Positions 9,301-18,952 of a DNA stretch of 64,000 nucleotides are shown here, piece after piece. The stretch is from Leptonemataceae bacterium (GTDB lineage: Bacteria > Spirochaetota > Leptospiria > Leptospirales > Leptonemataceae). The notes below the pieces were generated by a model. That model saw only the letters and a list, made by a program, of their open reading frames with translations. It did no database searches and had not been told where the DNA came from. Numbering within the stretch: the stretch's first letter is position 1; the number at the start of each line of letters is the position of its first letter. The stretch lies in NCBI GenBank assembly GCA_965227295.1, contig OZ245742.1, positions 5,728,001 through 5,792,000 of the forward strand, in the 5' to 3' direction. The position numbers and the translations under genes are program-made.

Positions 9301-12300
9301 TTCCGGAACGACGACACCGTCGAACTCGTGGCCGACCGTCCCGAGTACAAACCGGGCGACACCGCGAAGATTCTGATCCAGTCCCCGTTCAAACGCTGCC
9401 GCGCCGTGGTGAGCCTGGAGCGTGAGGGCGTCATCTGGCAGAAGAGCTACGATCTCGAAGGCAACGGAGAACCCATCGAGATTCCCCTCACCGCCGAACA
9501 CGTGCCGAACGTCTACGTGAGCGTCATCCTCATCCGTCCCCGGGTGCCGGCCGAGGCCGCGGCGGACGCCGATCCCACGGACGAGTACGCCGAGGATGTG
9601 GGCCGGCCGCGCTTTAAGATGGGATCAGTCCAACTTACGGTGGACGCGTCGAGCAAACGTCTGCCGCTTACGATTTCAACGAACCGCAAACAGTACGGCC
9701 CGGGCGACGAAGTGGAGCTAACGTTACAAACGGCACCTAACGCCGAGATCGCGCTGAGCGTCGCCGACCGCGCCGTGCTGGATCTTGTAAACTATCGCTA
9801 CGCCGATCCCGTGGCGCGCTTTTATACGAACTGGCCCCTGGGCGTCGGCGTAATTGAAAATCGCCGTACGTTAATCAAACAGGTCTCGTACGCCCTGAAG
9901 GGCCGCGAGCCCGGCGGCAAAGGAGCCGACGACGCCCGGGTGAGCGGCGACGGCGGTTTCTCCTACGATTCCGAGGACGGGGCACGCCGGGACTTTCGCC
10001 ACACGGCGCACTGGCAACCGAACCTGGTCGCCGATGGTTCCGGCAAGGCCGTGGTGAAGTTCAGGCTGCCCGAAAATCTTACCACGTTCCGTGTGCAGGC
10101 CCTGGCCGCAAAGAGCGCGAACTTCGCCGTGTCCGAAAAAGAGTTTCGCGTCCGCCAGCCCGTCGTCATCCGGCCGTTCCTGCCGCGTTTCCTGCGTCCC
10201 GGCGACGCGCTGGAGATGGGTGCGGTGGTCATCAATCAAACCGGAACCGCCGGAAAATTTCGGGTGGCCATGCAATCCAAACTGCTGCGCTTCGACAAAC
10301 AACCGCGCTCCGGCGACGAGATCGCGCCCGCCGGTGACGCCGCCGCGCGCATCGTCACGCTGAAACCCGGCGAGTCCGTGGAAGTCAGCTTCCCGGTGGA
10401 GATCGATCCGCAGAAGTACATGGTGGAACGCGCGAACGCCACGCAAAGGTTTCGTGAGCGTGTGTTAAAGGATCCCGACGACGCCGAACAGAAGGCCTTT
10501 CAAATCGAAGCGGCACAGGTCAAGGGGCTGATTTCTCTGCGCCCGGTAAACGCGGCGCAGTTCCAGGGTTTCAGTGAGGATGAGTTAAGCGATAAGACCG
10601 CTTTCGCCTTCCCGGTACGCGAGCATCCGCCCGTCGAGGCGTTCGCCATCGCCGGTTACGCCGGCGGCCCGGGCGACGACGGCACCGTCACCGAAGAAGA
10701 GGGCGTGGTCCTGCCGAAGGCGGACGAGATCATGGGCGGCCTCGGCCACCTCCAGGTGGACGTGAGTTCCACGGCCCTCACCGGTGTTTCCAATGCCTTC
10801 GAGTTTTATAAAAGCAACCCGTACTTCTGTCTCGAACAACGCGCGTCGGCTTTTCTCGTACGCATGGCCGCGGGCAACCTGACGGCGAAGTACGGCGAGG
10901 CCCCGGCGAAGGACGGCTATGACTTTCGCACGGTGGATCGTTTGTTCTTAAAAGAAGCGCGCTTCTTCCAGAATCGCGACGGCGGCTTTCGCCCCTGGAA
11001 CGACTTCAAAGAACCCAGCCGTCCGTATCTTACGGCATACATCGCCTTCGTGATGCAGGCGGCCCGGGAATCGAATCGTTACCACGGCACGAACTACGAG
11101 ATCGACGAGGACTCCTACAATCGTGCGCTCGGTTACCTGCGGGCGTACGTGCGCAAACCTCCGAAGGACGGCCGCATGTATGTCCTGGAAAGCTTCGCGA
11201 TGGTTCAGTACGTGCTCGCCCGTGCCGGCCAGGCCGAGGCCGGCCTCGAAAAGTTTCTCATGGAAAACGAGAAGTCCCTGTCGCTACGCGGCCGCGGACA
11301 CCTCATGCTCGCCGTGGCCCTGCGTCGCGGCGTTTCGAACTACAGCGAGGACCCGGATCTGAAGCGCAACATGGAGTTCCTGCGCAGCCGCATGGAAGTA
11401 AACACCCGCAAGGTCTCGTTCAAAGAAGCGTCGCGTGGTTCGTACCTGCGCGCCTACTATGCCCGGGGCGCGACCCTGGCCGTGCTCCTGGAAAGCATGG
11501 TGAGTCTCGATCCCAATCACCCGCTGATCCCGCAGATGGTGCGCTACGCCGTCGCCACTGAAGACAAACTGTGGAGTGACAGCCACAGCTCCGGCCGCCT
11601 GGCCTACGGCCTGGATCGTTACGCCCGGGTCTTCGAAAAGGACGATCCGAATTTCACGGCCAGAGTTACGATTGCTAACAGTCAGTTGTTCGAACATAAG
11701 TTCACGTCGCTGAAGGACCGGAACAACCAGGCCGCGAAGCGCCTGCCCATGACGGACCTTTACAAACTCGAGAAGCCCGGGGTCAGCCATCCGTTGCGTT
11801 TTACCCGCCAGGGCCGCGGTCGCATGTACTACAGCGCCACCATGACCTACGCCCCCACCCTGCGCACGGCAAAACCCAGGGACGAGGGCATCGAAGTTCG
11901 CCGGGACATCATCTCGCTCGAACGCCCGGATCAGCCGCTGAAAGACGGCACCCCCCTGAAGCGCGGCGAGGTCTATCTGTATCGCCTCACCGTCGTGAGT
12001 CCGAAGCCGGTCTTCGATTTTCTCCTGCAAGATCCGCTGCCCTCCAACGTCGAGGCGGTGCAGACGGCCTTCGCCACCGAGAGCGCGAGCTACGGTCGCT
12101 TCCTGCGCAAACAGGAACGCGAATCCGGCGGCGGCTACTACTGGTGGATGCGGTCCGCGCCGCGCCAGGAACTCCGCGACGACAAAGTTGTCTTCGTACA
12201 AAGTTACCTCGGAGCCGGCATCCACGAGTTTTTCTATCTGGGCCGGGCCACCCTGCACGGCCGCGCCGGGGCCCCGGCCGGACGGGCCTTCGCCATGTAT

Positions 12301-12351
12301 GAACCGGAGATCTTCGGCCGCACCGGCTCCGGCGCCCAGGATGTTCGCTAA
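6337..12351 (+). CDS. bacterial alpha-2-macroglobulin (N-terminal TM anchor, Ig-like and MG domains)
   Basis: ~2000 aa; DRKLYRPGD, VEEFRP, LPENLTTFRV, LPRFLRPGD, thioester motif CLEQ, AMYEPEIFGR; followed by pbpC. Confidence 0.95.
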   Translation: MSTATSDSPESAPNSTNAKRRPSRWITAAAAASAGLLSVVGILVALWPGEHLAIDLPLETFSEPPIYSTNDNELQVVQGSPIGELSVNDLTKEIVVVFNKPMVPLAKLEESTRGVFSITPKVAGKFRWYGSRVNAFVPKEPLRPGTKYQVTVAAGIKALNGAKLDEVHAFAFETPPLKLVSHRPYRNNTIEYDSNFQLYFNYPVSLADVQRRISLQVNGSRVRFQASYVENKSEDEERLDVQQREARRGVILKPVAKLPRGAKVRLSLAKGLPPLGGNKGLEKQVVLNYETYGPLRAKLVSDAKFFQELWGLRLQFNNPVNLKDVAKHVRFDPPAEFIEREGGATTRTSFAYWTVKPSQEYTVTISPQLKDRYGNRITGERSFTATTPRLRREFSAYGGVQAIEAEAGLRLPVDVAAIPELKVKLGNFDVDDLKKYVAGGYKVRDIPHRDGKDVSFTTGFDALDRGRVGFALEPHLENKRGWTAVSVTGDIEEWDGDIATRTNRRFVQATDLGLTIKQGSGGAYAYVHSLSTARAVAGVKVDAYDGQSSLGSCKTNADGFCEIQYRDIIPPDKALYVAARTDGTADRAFVTKRNHQVSMYGVARNFDAEAAAPRLNGQIVFDRKLYRPGDKVGIKAVLGIRRDGKILTQGSGDLGSISLKITDAAGQTLKEQNLSASNEGGVWAEFTVPKDAKLGHYSVTFSSSKIAHNWRNRIQDTFQVEEFRPVEFTVESEGLRDGRSGEILDVKIAGTYLFGAPMKEARLEYTVNRRPKNVYFPNYPRYFFGDDDYGDAWEPPTFSYMTGGTGNLNAAGRYAFQLKLAELEGKGFDHKGSVAAPLRVYDLELEARVRDVNDRTVANKSTAVVYPGDVLPGIQTKDRYRHFERPFEFELMAAKTDGSAAPRTPATVIVSRKEWKTIQTKGPGGSLQRKNSLVRTDVSKKNVTLSSDPQKFTFTPEKPGNYTVTVIAGRAYARVNVYAYGGGYIGWNFRNDDTVELVADRPEYKPGDTAKILIQSPFKRCRAVVSLEREGVIWQKSYDLEGNGEPIEIPLTAEHVPNVYVSVILIRPRVPAEAAADADPTDEYAEDVGRPRFKMGSVQLTVDASSKRLPLTISTNRKQYGPGDEVELTLQTAPNAEIALSVADRAVLDLVNYRYADPVARFYTNWPLGVGVIENRRTLIKQVSYALKGREPGGKGADDARVSGDGGFSYDSEDGARRDFRHTAHWQPNLVADGSGKAVVKFRLPENLTTFRVQALAAKSANFAVSEKEFRVRQPVVIRPFLPRFLRPGDALEMGAVVINQTGTAGKFRVAMQSKLLRFDKQPRSGDEIAPAGDAAARIVTLKPGESVEVSFPVEIDPQKYMVERANATQRFRERVLKDPDDAEQKAFQIEAAQVKGLISLRPVNAAQFQGFSEDELSDKTAFAFPVREHPPVEAFAIAGYAGGPGDDGTVTEEEGVVLPKADEIMGGLGHLQVDVSSTALTGVSNAFEFYKSNPYFCLEQRASAFLVRMAAGNLTAKYGEAPAKDGYDFRTVDRLFLKEARFFQNRDGGFRPWNDFKEPSRPYLTAYIAFVMQAARESNRYHGTNYEIDEDSYNRALGYLRAYVRKPPKDGRMYVLESFAMVQYVLARAGQAEAGLEKFLMENEKSLSLRGRGHLMLAVALRRGVSNYSEDPDLKRNMEFLRSRMEVNTRKVSFKEASRGSYLRAYYARGATLAVLLESMVSLDPNHPLIPQMVRYAVATEDKLWSDSHSSGRLAYGLDRYARVFEKDDPNFTARVTIANSQLFEHKFTSLKDRNNQAAKRLPMTDLYKLEKPGVSHPLRFTRQGRGRMYYSATMTYAPTLRTAKPRDEGIEVRRDIISLERPDQPLKDGTPLKRGEVYLYRLTVVSPKPVFDFLLQDPLPSNVEAVQTAFATESASYGRFLRKQERESGGGYYWWMRSAPRQELRDDKVVFVQSYLGAGIHEFFYLGRATLHGRAGAPAGRAFAMYEPEIFGRTGSGAQDVR

Positions 12352-14572
12352 GCTTTCACTGAAAAGCACTTACGAACGACTGCGCCGGAACGCCCCGCTG
12401 ATCGCGGCCCTGGCCGTGGTGGGCATCCCGGCTGTGCTCTTCCTGCTGCCGCCGCGCCAGGATCGTTTGCACGGCGGCGGTTCGTTGATCCTGCTGGACG
12501 CCGGGGGCACGGAGCTCCGGCAGTTTCGCAGCAGTGACGACGGTTCCTACAACGTGGCGCTGCCGTTCGAAGAGTACCCGGATCATGTGATTCGCGCGGT
12601 CCTCACGGCCGAGGACGGGCGTTTTTATTTTCACCCGGGCGTCGATCCCGCGGCGATTCTCCGGGCGGCGTACCAGAACGCACGCGCCGGGCGCATCGTC
12701 TCCGGCGGCTCGACGATCACGCAGCAACTGGTCCGCCTGGTCTACCGCGAAGAACTGCCGGTTCGCCCGGCGCTGCGCAAAATCGTCGAGGCGGTGCTCG
12801 CCCTGCGCCTTGAGGTTCATGCGTCGAAACAAGAAATACTTACGGCCTACTTGAATCGAGTGCCCATGCCGGAAAACCGCACGGGACTCGCGGCGGCGGC
12901 GCAGCGGCTCTTCGGCCGCGACGTACGTTTTCTTTCCGAAGATGAAGCCCTCGCCCTGGCCGTATTGATTCGCCGCAACCGCGTCACTCCGGAAGCCTTC
13001 ACGGAACGATACCGTCGCCTGCATGCGGCCGTGCACGGCAGGGCCGCCGATCCTCCGAACGAGCTTCTGGCCGCGGTCTTCGAGAGCCGGGACGACGACT
13101 CATTAACATCATCTCGCAACACATTAACAAGGGCCCCGCATTTCACGCAGTGGCTGCGCGAACTCTATCCGAACGCGAGCGGCACCATCCGCACGGAAAT
13201 CTCGGCGGACTTCAACAACGCCGTCGCCGAAATTCTGGATCGAGAACTGCAAACCCTTTCCGAAAACAAAGGCGACAACGCCGCGGCCGTCGTGCTGAGC
13301 ATCGACGACTCCGGCTTCACGCTGCGCGGCCTCGTGGGCTCCCGGGATTTTCACGAGGATCGCGACGGCCAGGTCAACGGCGCCCTGGCGATTCGCAGCG
13401 CCGGCAGTACGCTGAAGCCGTTTCTCTACGGCCTGGCCTTCGAAGAACAGGGACTCCGCCCGTATACGATTCTGGAGGATAGCGAGGGCGGTCTACCGTT
13501 GTCCGACGGCACCGTCTATCGCCCGCGCAACTACGACCTGAACTACTGGGGCCGCCTCACCGCCCGCGAGGCCCTGGCCACATCGCGAAATATTCCGGCG
13601 GTTCGCCTCGTGGAATCCGTCGGTGAAGATCGGCTCATTCGGCTCTTCGAAAACGCGCGCCTGCTACCGTTGCACGACGGCGAACGCCACGGACCCGGCA
13701 TTGCCCTGGGTACCGCCGGGGTTCGACTCATCGATCTCACCCGGGCCTACGCCGCCCTGGGCAACGGCGGGCGCCTGCGCCCCGTTCGCCTCGGGCGACT
13801 AACTTCTACTGGAAGATCCTTAGAATACGGCGATGAGCGCGTGCTATTCCAGGAGCAGACCGCGCATCTGTTGAGTCACGTCCTGGCTGATCGTCCCATG
13901 CGGCGCAAGGCCTTCGGCGAGCGCAGCTTCCTGGACTTTCCGTTCGACGTGGCGGCGAAGACCGGCACATCCAAGGATTACCGCGACGCCTGGACCGTGG
14001 GTTATACGCAGCATCACGCCGTAGGCGTTTGGGTCGGCAACTTTTCCGGCGAAGAGATGGTGAACGTCTCCGGCGCCTTCGGTGCCGGCCGCATCTTTCA
14101 GCAGATCATGCGCCTGGTCGAAGACGATCGGCGCAGCCAGGGCGCGGGGCCGCATCGCTTTTCGTATCCGTCCGGCTGGCGGGAGTTGCCGCTGTGTCGT
14201 CACACCGGCCTCGTCGCCCGGCCGACCTGCCCGGCCCAAACGGAACTGATCCCCGCCGGCGAAGGCGCGCCGGCACAGTGTGACGGCCGGCACGATCATG
14301 CAGACACCTTCGCCGGGGGCGCGCGTTTGATCGAGTCGCCGCTGCCCGGCGAGGTCTACGTGCTGGACCCGCATTTGCCGGACGATGTGCAGCAAATTCC
14401 CCTGCGCTTCGCCGACGACGCGCCGGCAGATTGCAGCTATGCCGTCGACGGCGAGCAACGCGGTCCGCTAACTTACGGTACGATCGCATTAACGCCGCGG
14501 CGCGGGCGTCATGAACTCAGCGTACGCTGTCCGGACGGTCGGCGGGATAGCGTGGAGTTCTTTGTGGAGTAA
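12341..14572 (+). CDS. pbpC: penicillin-binding protein 1C
   Basis: Transglycosylase motifs EDGRFYFHPGVD and GGSTITQQL; transpeptidase motifs STLK, SRN, KTGTS; overlaps the A2M stop by 11 bp. Confidence 0.92.
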   Translation: MFAKLSLKSTYERLRRNAPLIAALAVVGIPAVLFLLPPRQDRLHGGGSLILLDAGGTELRQFRSSDDGSYNVALPFEEYPDHVIRAVLTAEDGRFYFHPGVDPAAILRAAYQNARAGRIVSGGSTITQQLVRLVYREELPVRPALRKIVEAVLALRLEVHASKQEILTAYLNRVPMPENRTGLAAAAQRLFGRDVRFLSEDEALALAVLIRRNRVTPEAFTERYRRLHAAVHGRAADPPNELLAAVFESRDDDSLTSSRNTLTRAPHFTQWLRELYPNASGTIRTEISADFNNAVAEILDRELQTLSENKGDNAAAVVLSIDDSGFTLRGLVGSRDFHEDRDGQVNGALAIRSAGSTLKPFLYGLAFEEQGLRPYTILEDSEGGLPLSDGTVYRPRNYDLNYWGRLTAREALATSRNIPAVRLVESVGEDRLIRLFENARLLPLHDGERHGPGIALGTAGVRLIDLTRAYAALGNGGRLRPVRLGRLTSTGRSLEYGDERVLFQEQTAHLLSHVLADRPMRRKAFGERSFLDFPFDVAAKTGTSKDYRDAWTVGYTQHHAVGVWVGNFSGEEMVNVSGAFGAGRIFQQIMRLVEDDRRSQGAGPHRFSYPSGWRELPLCRHTGLVARPTCPAQTELIPAGEGAPAQCDGRHDHADTFAGGARLIESPLPGEVYVLDPHLPDDVQQIPLRFADDAPADCSYAVDGEQRGPLTYGTIALTPRRGRHELSVRCPDGRRDSVEFFVE

Positions 14573-15287
14573 GATCCGCCGCCGCGAGCAGTCGCGTAAT
14601 GCTGACCACGTGTCCCAGCAAGGCTGCCATCACCAACAACACCGGCAGGTAGATGTACGGAAATTCCAGGACCAGCACGTTGGGTTGTTCAAAGGCGAGG
14701 CGTTGCACCGGCGTGGGCAGCGAAAGCACGGCGTGCGTGACGATGTTCCCGAGCAAGGCCAGGCCCGCGACATTCCAGGCGAGTAAAAAACGCGCACCGA
14801 GGACTGCGCGCTCGAACACCAGCCAGGCAACCAGCGGCGCGGTCAGACCGACGAGCAGATCAAAGTTCCGCCCGGAGAACGTCATGAGTTCCGGAATGAG
14901 GCCGTGTTCTAAAGCGCTGTAAAACAAAACGGTTTCCACGAGCACCCGAAACGTCTGCAGGTAAGTCAACCGGCGCAATGAGAGCGACCGGAAAAACGCA
15001 CCGTGCCGGAAGAAGGCGACCCAGAGCAGCAACGTGAACACCGGCAGCGGCACGATGAGAACGATCGGCAGCATGTTGCTGTGAACGTTCGCATAAACAC
15101 CGGCAACGGCCAGTACGCCGTGCAACACGAGATACAACAGCAAACACGCGCCGGCCGCTAAGAGATACACGCGGGGAATGCCGGACTTTTTCGCGGCGCG
15201 GCGGGCGACGTCCGCCAGCATAAAAAGAACAAAGACCATGCAAACATAGAACGAAAGCTCCGTATACCAGGGCAATTTTCCGAACAT
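14517..15287 (-). CDS. multi-pass membrane protein
   Basis: About 7 hydrophobic helices; QTFRV, MTFSGRNFD and FPY motifs; AGGAGG SD upstream. Confidence 0.8.
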   Translation of the reverse strand: MFGKLPWYTELSFYVCMVFVLFMLADVARRAAKKSGIPRVYLLAAGACLLLYLVLHGVLAVAGVYANVHSNMLPIVLIVPLPVFTLLLWVAFFRHGAFFRSLSLRRLTYLQTFRVLVETVLFYSALEHGLIPELMTFSGRNFDLLVGLTAPLVAWLVFERAVLGARFLLAWNVAGLALLGNIVTHAVLSLPTPVQRLAFEQPNVLVLEFPYIYLPVLLVMAALLGHVVSITRLLAAADLTPQRTPRYPADRPDSVR

Positions 15288-15381
15288 AAAGGACCTCCTG
15301 AATCGAAGTCATCTTACATCGCGGAGCGAAAATCGCCGAGATACGCGCGTCACGTCCGCCGATTTTGGGGCATGACGTACG

Positions 15382-16515
15382 TCACGTTTGTCGTTGCAAA
15401 TCGCGCAGAAAGACCGTGAGGCGTTGCAGGCGATCGCCGGCACCGCGGCTCTCCGGTTCGTTTTCGTCCAGCAGGAGTTCGTAGATGTGGCTCAGATGAT
15501 TGCGCAACGTACCGTCCGTAATGCCGAGGCTTTCCCGGATGGCGGGGCGAGACTTGCCGGCGTCCACCAGTTCACAGATGCGCGCCTGTTGATAGCTGAG
15601 ACCGAAGCGCGTTTGCAGCACCGTAAACAACGGACGGTCTTCGCGGCGTGCAATCATGGCCCCCGAACGAAACCAGAACTCGAAGGCGAGGACCGCCGCG
15701 GCTCCGCCGGCAAAACCTCCGACGGCGATCCATGTCGCATCGTAGAGCGAATCATCCGGCATAAACAAGAGCAGCAGCCACATCAGCAACAGCGCGCACG
15801 CCAGTGATGCAAGCAAAGCCGTGAGAAACAAAAAGAACCGGCCGGCCGGGCGCAGCGCGAATCGTTTCGTCAGGAGCGACGCCAGTACAACGGTGAGCAT
15901 CGTATCGATCACACTACCGAGCGGCAAACCGTTCAGTCCGAGCAACGCCAGGAGATTCGTTGCGAAACCGAACCACCACAGGAGCGCGAGCAACGCCACG
16001 CTCATCGTTGAAACAACACCGGCCGGCGTACGCGGGCGCAGCAGCACATAGATCCCCAGGCCGCCGCAGAGTAGCGCGAACGGAACGAAGACATACCGCG
16101 CGCCCGCCCCCGCTATGGGGAAGTAGCCCCAATCATACAAACGCGCGCCTTCAATCAACACACGCGAACCGCCCCAGTAAGCCAGGTTCACGGCGATCGT
16201 CAATAGAGCGGCGCAGGCATACAACACGCCCGGCAGCCGTCGATCCGCGCGACCGGAGAGACGCATCGCAAAATGCACAAAGACCGGCATCGCAAAAAAG
16301 AGCGCATGCCTCAGAAGATAAAAACGAAACAGCGCCGCCTCTTCGTTGGGCGCCACGGCTATACCGGCAAGTCCGGCGGCCACGCCGGCCATAAGCAGCG
16401 AGAGCGTGGCCAGCAAACGCACGTATGCGGGGGCGCGCGGCACGGCGAACAAAAACGCCGCGGCCGCCAGGTGCGCCAGACAACCCGCCGCGGGAATCAA
16501 AAACGAAAACCGCAC
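15382..16515 (-). CDS. membrane-bound transcriptional regulator (7TM-type sensor + LuxR-type HTH)
   Basis: Hydrophobic N-terminal ~280 aa; C-terminal LSYQQARICEL...IRESLGITDGTLRNHLSHIY. Confidence 0.8.
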   Translation of the reverse strand: MRFSFLIPAAGCLAHLAAAAFLFAVPRAPAYVRLLATLSLLMAGVAAGLAGIAVAPNEEAALFRFYLLRHALFFAMPVFVHFAMRLSGRADRRLPGVLYACAALLTIAVNLAYWGGSRVLIEGARLYDWGYFPIAGAGARYVFVPFALLCGGLGIYVLLRPRTPAGVVSTMSVALLALLWWFGFATNLLALLGLNGLPLGSVIDTMLTVVLASLLTKRFALRPAGRFFLFLTALLASLACALLLMWLLLLFMPDDSLYDATWIAVGGFAGGAAAVLAFEFWFRSGAMIARREDRPLFTVLQTRFGLSYQQARICELVDAGKSRPAIRESLGITDGTLRNHLSHIYELLLDENEPESRGAGDRLQRLTVFLRDLQRQT

Positions 16516-17136
16516 CTACTCGGTCTCCCGGAAGAATCCGACGGCCTTCACTAACTCATTGTGATATACGATTAGCGCGTCCCCGGGATGTTCGCGTTTA
16601 TAGCGCTCGAACTCCGGTCGCGCGATGGAGTGCACCAGGGCGGGACGATCACCCTGGACCCGGGCGGCGGTCACGCACGGCCCGCGATCGAAAAAGGAAT
16701 AGTCGGAGAAAAACATGCCCGCCTCCGGTGCCGCAATCACCCGGCCGCCCTTCAGTACTTCCACCAGGCCGCGTTCCAGCAGATAGAGCACGGCATGTTC
16801 GTTCGCATCGTTCTCGTAGATGATCCTGCCGGGTTCGTACTCCGCGGCTTCGCAGTAGGACAACAACGTGCGGTGCGACTGTTCGCTCAGCCCGTCGAAG
16901 ACCGGACTGGCCTTCATGAATGCGCGGGGACTCGCGTCGAACAACCAGTCGATGCTGACCTCAACGGCGGCGGCCAAATCGGCCAGGATTTGAATGTCCG
17001 GTGCGTTCTCCCCGCGCTCCCACTTCGACACGGCCTGGAAGCTCACGTCCAGGCGACGCGCCAGTTCCGTCTGTGAAAGACCGAGCTCCTCCCGGCGGCG
17101 ACGAATGCGCCCGCCGATGCGCGCGGCGAGGCTCAC
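16516..17136 (-). CDS. XRE-family HTH fused to a cNMP-binding-like domain
   Basis: IRRRREELGLSQTELARRLDVSFQAVSKWERG; FDGLS...YEPGRIIY...LYLLERGLVEV...GMFFSD. Confidence 0.85.
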   Translation of the reverse strand: MSLAARIGGRIRRRREELGLSQTELARRLDVSFQAVSKWERGENAPDIQILADLAAAVEVSIDWLFDASPRAFMKASPVFDGLSEQSHRTLLSYCEAAEYEPGRIIYENDANEHAVLYLLERGLVEVLKGGRVIAAPEAGMFFSDYSFFDRGPCVTAARVQGDRPALVHSIARPEFERYKREHPGDALIVYHNELVKAVGFFRETE

Positions 17137-17224
17137 GCTTCCCCTCCGCGTAGAATCGATTCGCCTCCGCCGTTATGGACGCAGTCCGGCGTCGTGATAT
17201 ACTCCGGAACATCTACGAGGACAT

Positions 17225-18055
17225 ATGAATCACAAAACCACCGCATTCGTTGACAAACATCCGATGAGCGTATATTTAGCACTGACCTTCGCGCTCGGGT
17301 TGCCCCTGCTCAGCCTGGCCTGCCTGCGTCCCAGCCTGGCGGCTCCGGAGAGCCCGGCAAGCCTGATTCTCTGGATTCCCCTTACCTGGACACCGAATCT
17401 CGCCGCGCTGCTGACCGCGGCCCTCCTCGGACGCGGACACGTTCGGGAAATCCTCGCGGCCTTTGTACGTTTTCGCATCGGCGCCTGGAAGTACGCCGCC
17501 GCGCTGCTTCCGCTCGGCGTCGCCGCAGCAATCATCGCCGCCGCACACATCACCCAAAACACGACGCCCCCACCGCCCGCCTGGCCGATGTTGGTATTTA
17601 CGGCGGTGTTGCATTTGATTCTCGGTCCCCTGGGCGAGGAAGGCGGATGGCGCGGTTTTCTTCTGCCCCGTTGCAATGCGCACTTCGGACCCGCCGCCGG
17701 AGCGCTGATCGTCGGCATCATTTGGGCGCTGTGGCACTTGCCGCTGTGGTGGTTGCCCGCTTCGCCCCAGGCGGCGATCCCGTTCGGCTGGTTCGCACTG
17801 AACGTGGTTTCGTTTTCGATCGTGATGGCCTGGTTGTACCGGCGCTCCCACCGAAGCCTGGTGCCGATGGTTCTCTTTCACTGGGCGATCAACTACGGCG
17901 CGGGCCTCGTAGAGATTTTTACCGGCCTGGAAACCGCGCTGATCTTTCAATACACCGGAGTGATCTACGCCGTGCTCGCACTGCCTGCCATGACGGCGCT
18001 GCTGCGAACGCGTGAACGCGACGTCGCTTTCAGGGGCCGCACGACGGCAACGTAA
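17225..18055 (+). CDS. CPBP (CAAX protease/Abi) family intramembrane glutamic endopeptidase
   Basis: GEEGGWRGFL, IWALWHLP, LFHWAIN; GAGGA SD and TATACT -10 upstream. Confidence 0.92.
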   Translation: MNHKTTAFVDKHPMSVYLALTFALGLPLLSLACLRPSLAAPESPASLILWIPLTWTPNLAALLTAALLGRGHVREILAAFVRFRIGAWKYAAALLPLGVAAAIIAAAHITQNTTPPPPAWPMLVFTAVLHLILGPLGEEGGWRGFLLPRCNAHFGPAAGALIVGIIWALWHLPLWWLPASPQAAIPFGWFALNVVSFSIVMAWLYRRSHRSLVPMVLFHWAINYGAGLVEIFTGLETALIFQYTGVIYAVLALPAMTALLRTRERDVAFRGRTTAT

Positions 18056-18905
18056 ACGCACCGGATGGCCGGCCGCTCTCCGTGTGAAAGGATCGCAGTT
18101 CTCCGGCGCGGCTCCCGCCGGTGACAATGTAGATGCACGATTCTCCCGTGGCGTTCGCACACGGCGCGCGCATGAGTCCGGCCCCGGTGTCCACGTCCGA
18201 AGCGTTCAGGGCCAATCGACGCAGCACACGCCCGCGGTCCACATCGATCCAGAGGAGCGTGCCGCCGTCACCGCTCGCAAAGGCGAAGCGCGCGTCGTCC
18301 AGGCGCAGGACGTCACCCCCGTACAGGTTGGCGTCGATCTTCGCGAGCACCCGACCGCTGACCGCTTCGATGAGCAGTCCTTCGCAGCCCGGTCCGGCGC
18401 CGACACAGTTTCGTACGAACAGGGAATTCTTTAACATGGTAATCGGAGATGCAAACACCGACGCCAGGGGAATCGAGTACTCCCAGACCAGATCGCGGCC
18501 CGGCAAAGAACGCACGCTCACCGGAAGTGCGGCGGCGTCCGTTTCCTGTTCGGCGACGCTTGCGTAGTGCAGAGTGATGGCGTGCGACCCGCTTTCCGTA
18601 TTCAGCTCCACGTCCCCGCGCTGCACCCGGTCATCCCAGGCCGGGGGAAGATCCGTAGCGTCGGCCAGGCGATGGAATTTCCGGGCGGTCGGTAAGAACG
18701 CGAAGCAGCGGCGGTCGTCCGGTACACCGGAAGCCGCGTAGCAAAAGCGCGGTACATCTCCCGACTGCCGCCCGGCCAACCACGCTTGTTCGAAGTTTCG
18801 CGGCAGGCAGGCCGGACTTTCCAGGAGCGGCGCCGCCGGAAAAGCGCAGCCGCCTGCCAACGCCAGTACACTCGCACCCATCCGCAGCATCCCGAAGTAC
18901 TTCAT
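18030..18905 (-). CDS. hypothetical exported protein / lipoprotein
   Basis: 291 aa; signal-like N-terminus ending LAGGC; possible beta-propeller segments; fills the gap between identified genes. Confidence 0.55.
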   Translation of the reverse strand: MKYFGMLRMGASVLALAGGCAFPAAPLLESPACLPRNFEQAWLAGRQSGDVPRFCYAASGVPDDRRCFAFLPTARKFHRLADATDLPPAWDDRVQRGDVELNTESGSHAITLHYASVAEQETDAAALPVSVRSLPGRDLVWEYSIPLASVFASPITMLKNSLFVRNCVGAGPGCEGLLIEAVSGRVLAKIDANLYGGDVLRLDDARFAFASGDGGTLLWIDVDRGRVLRRLALNASDVDTGAGLMRAPCANATGESCIYIVTGGSRAGELRSFHTESGRPSGAFTLPSCGP

Positions 18906-18952
18906 CCCAACAGCATCGACGCTCCGCCCGCATTCGTCACGAAGATATCTTC

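Noticed and set aside
17225..18055. CPBP/Abi gene as a phage-defence system
   Set aside because: The Abi label of this family is not evidence of defence; no defence-type neighbours
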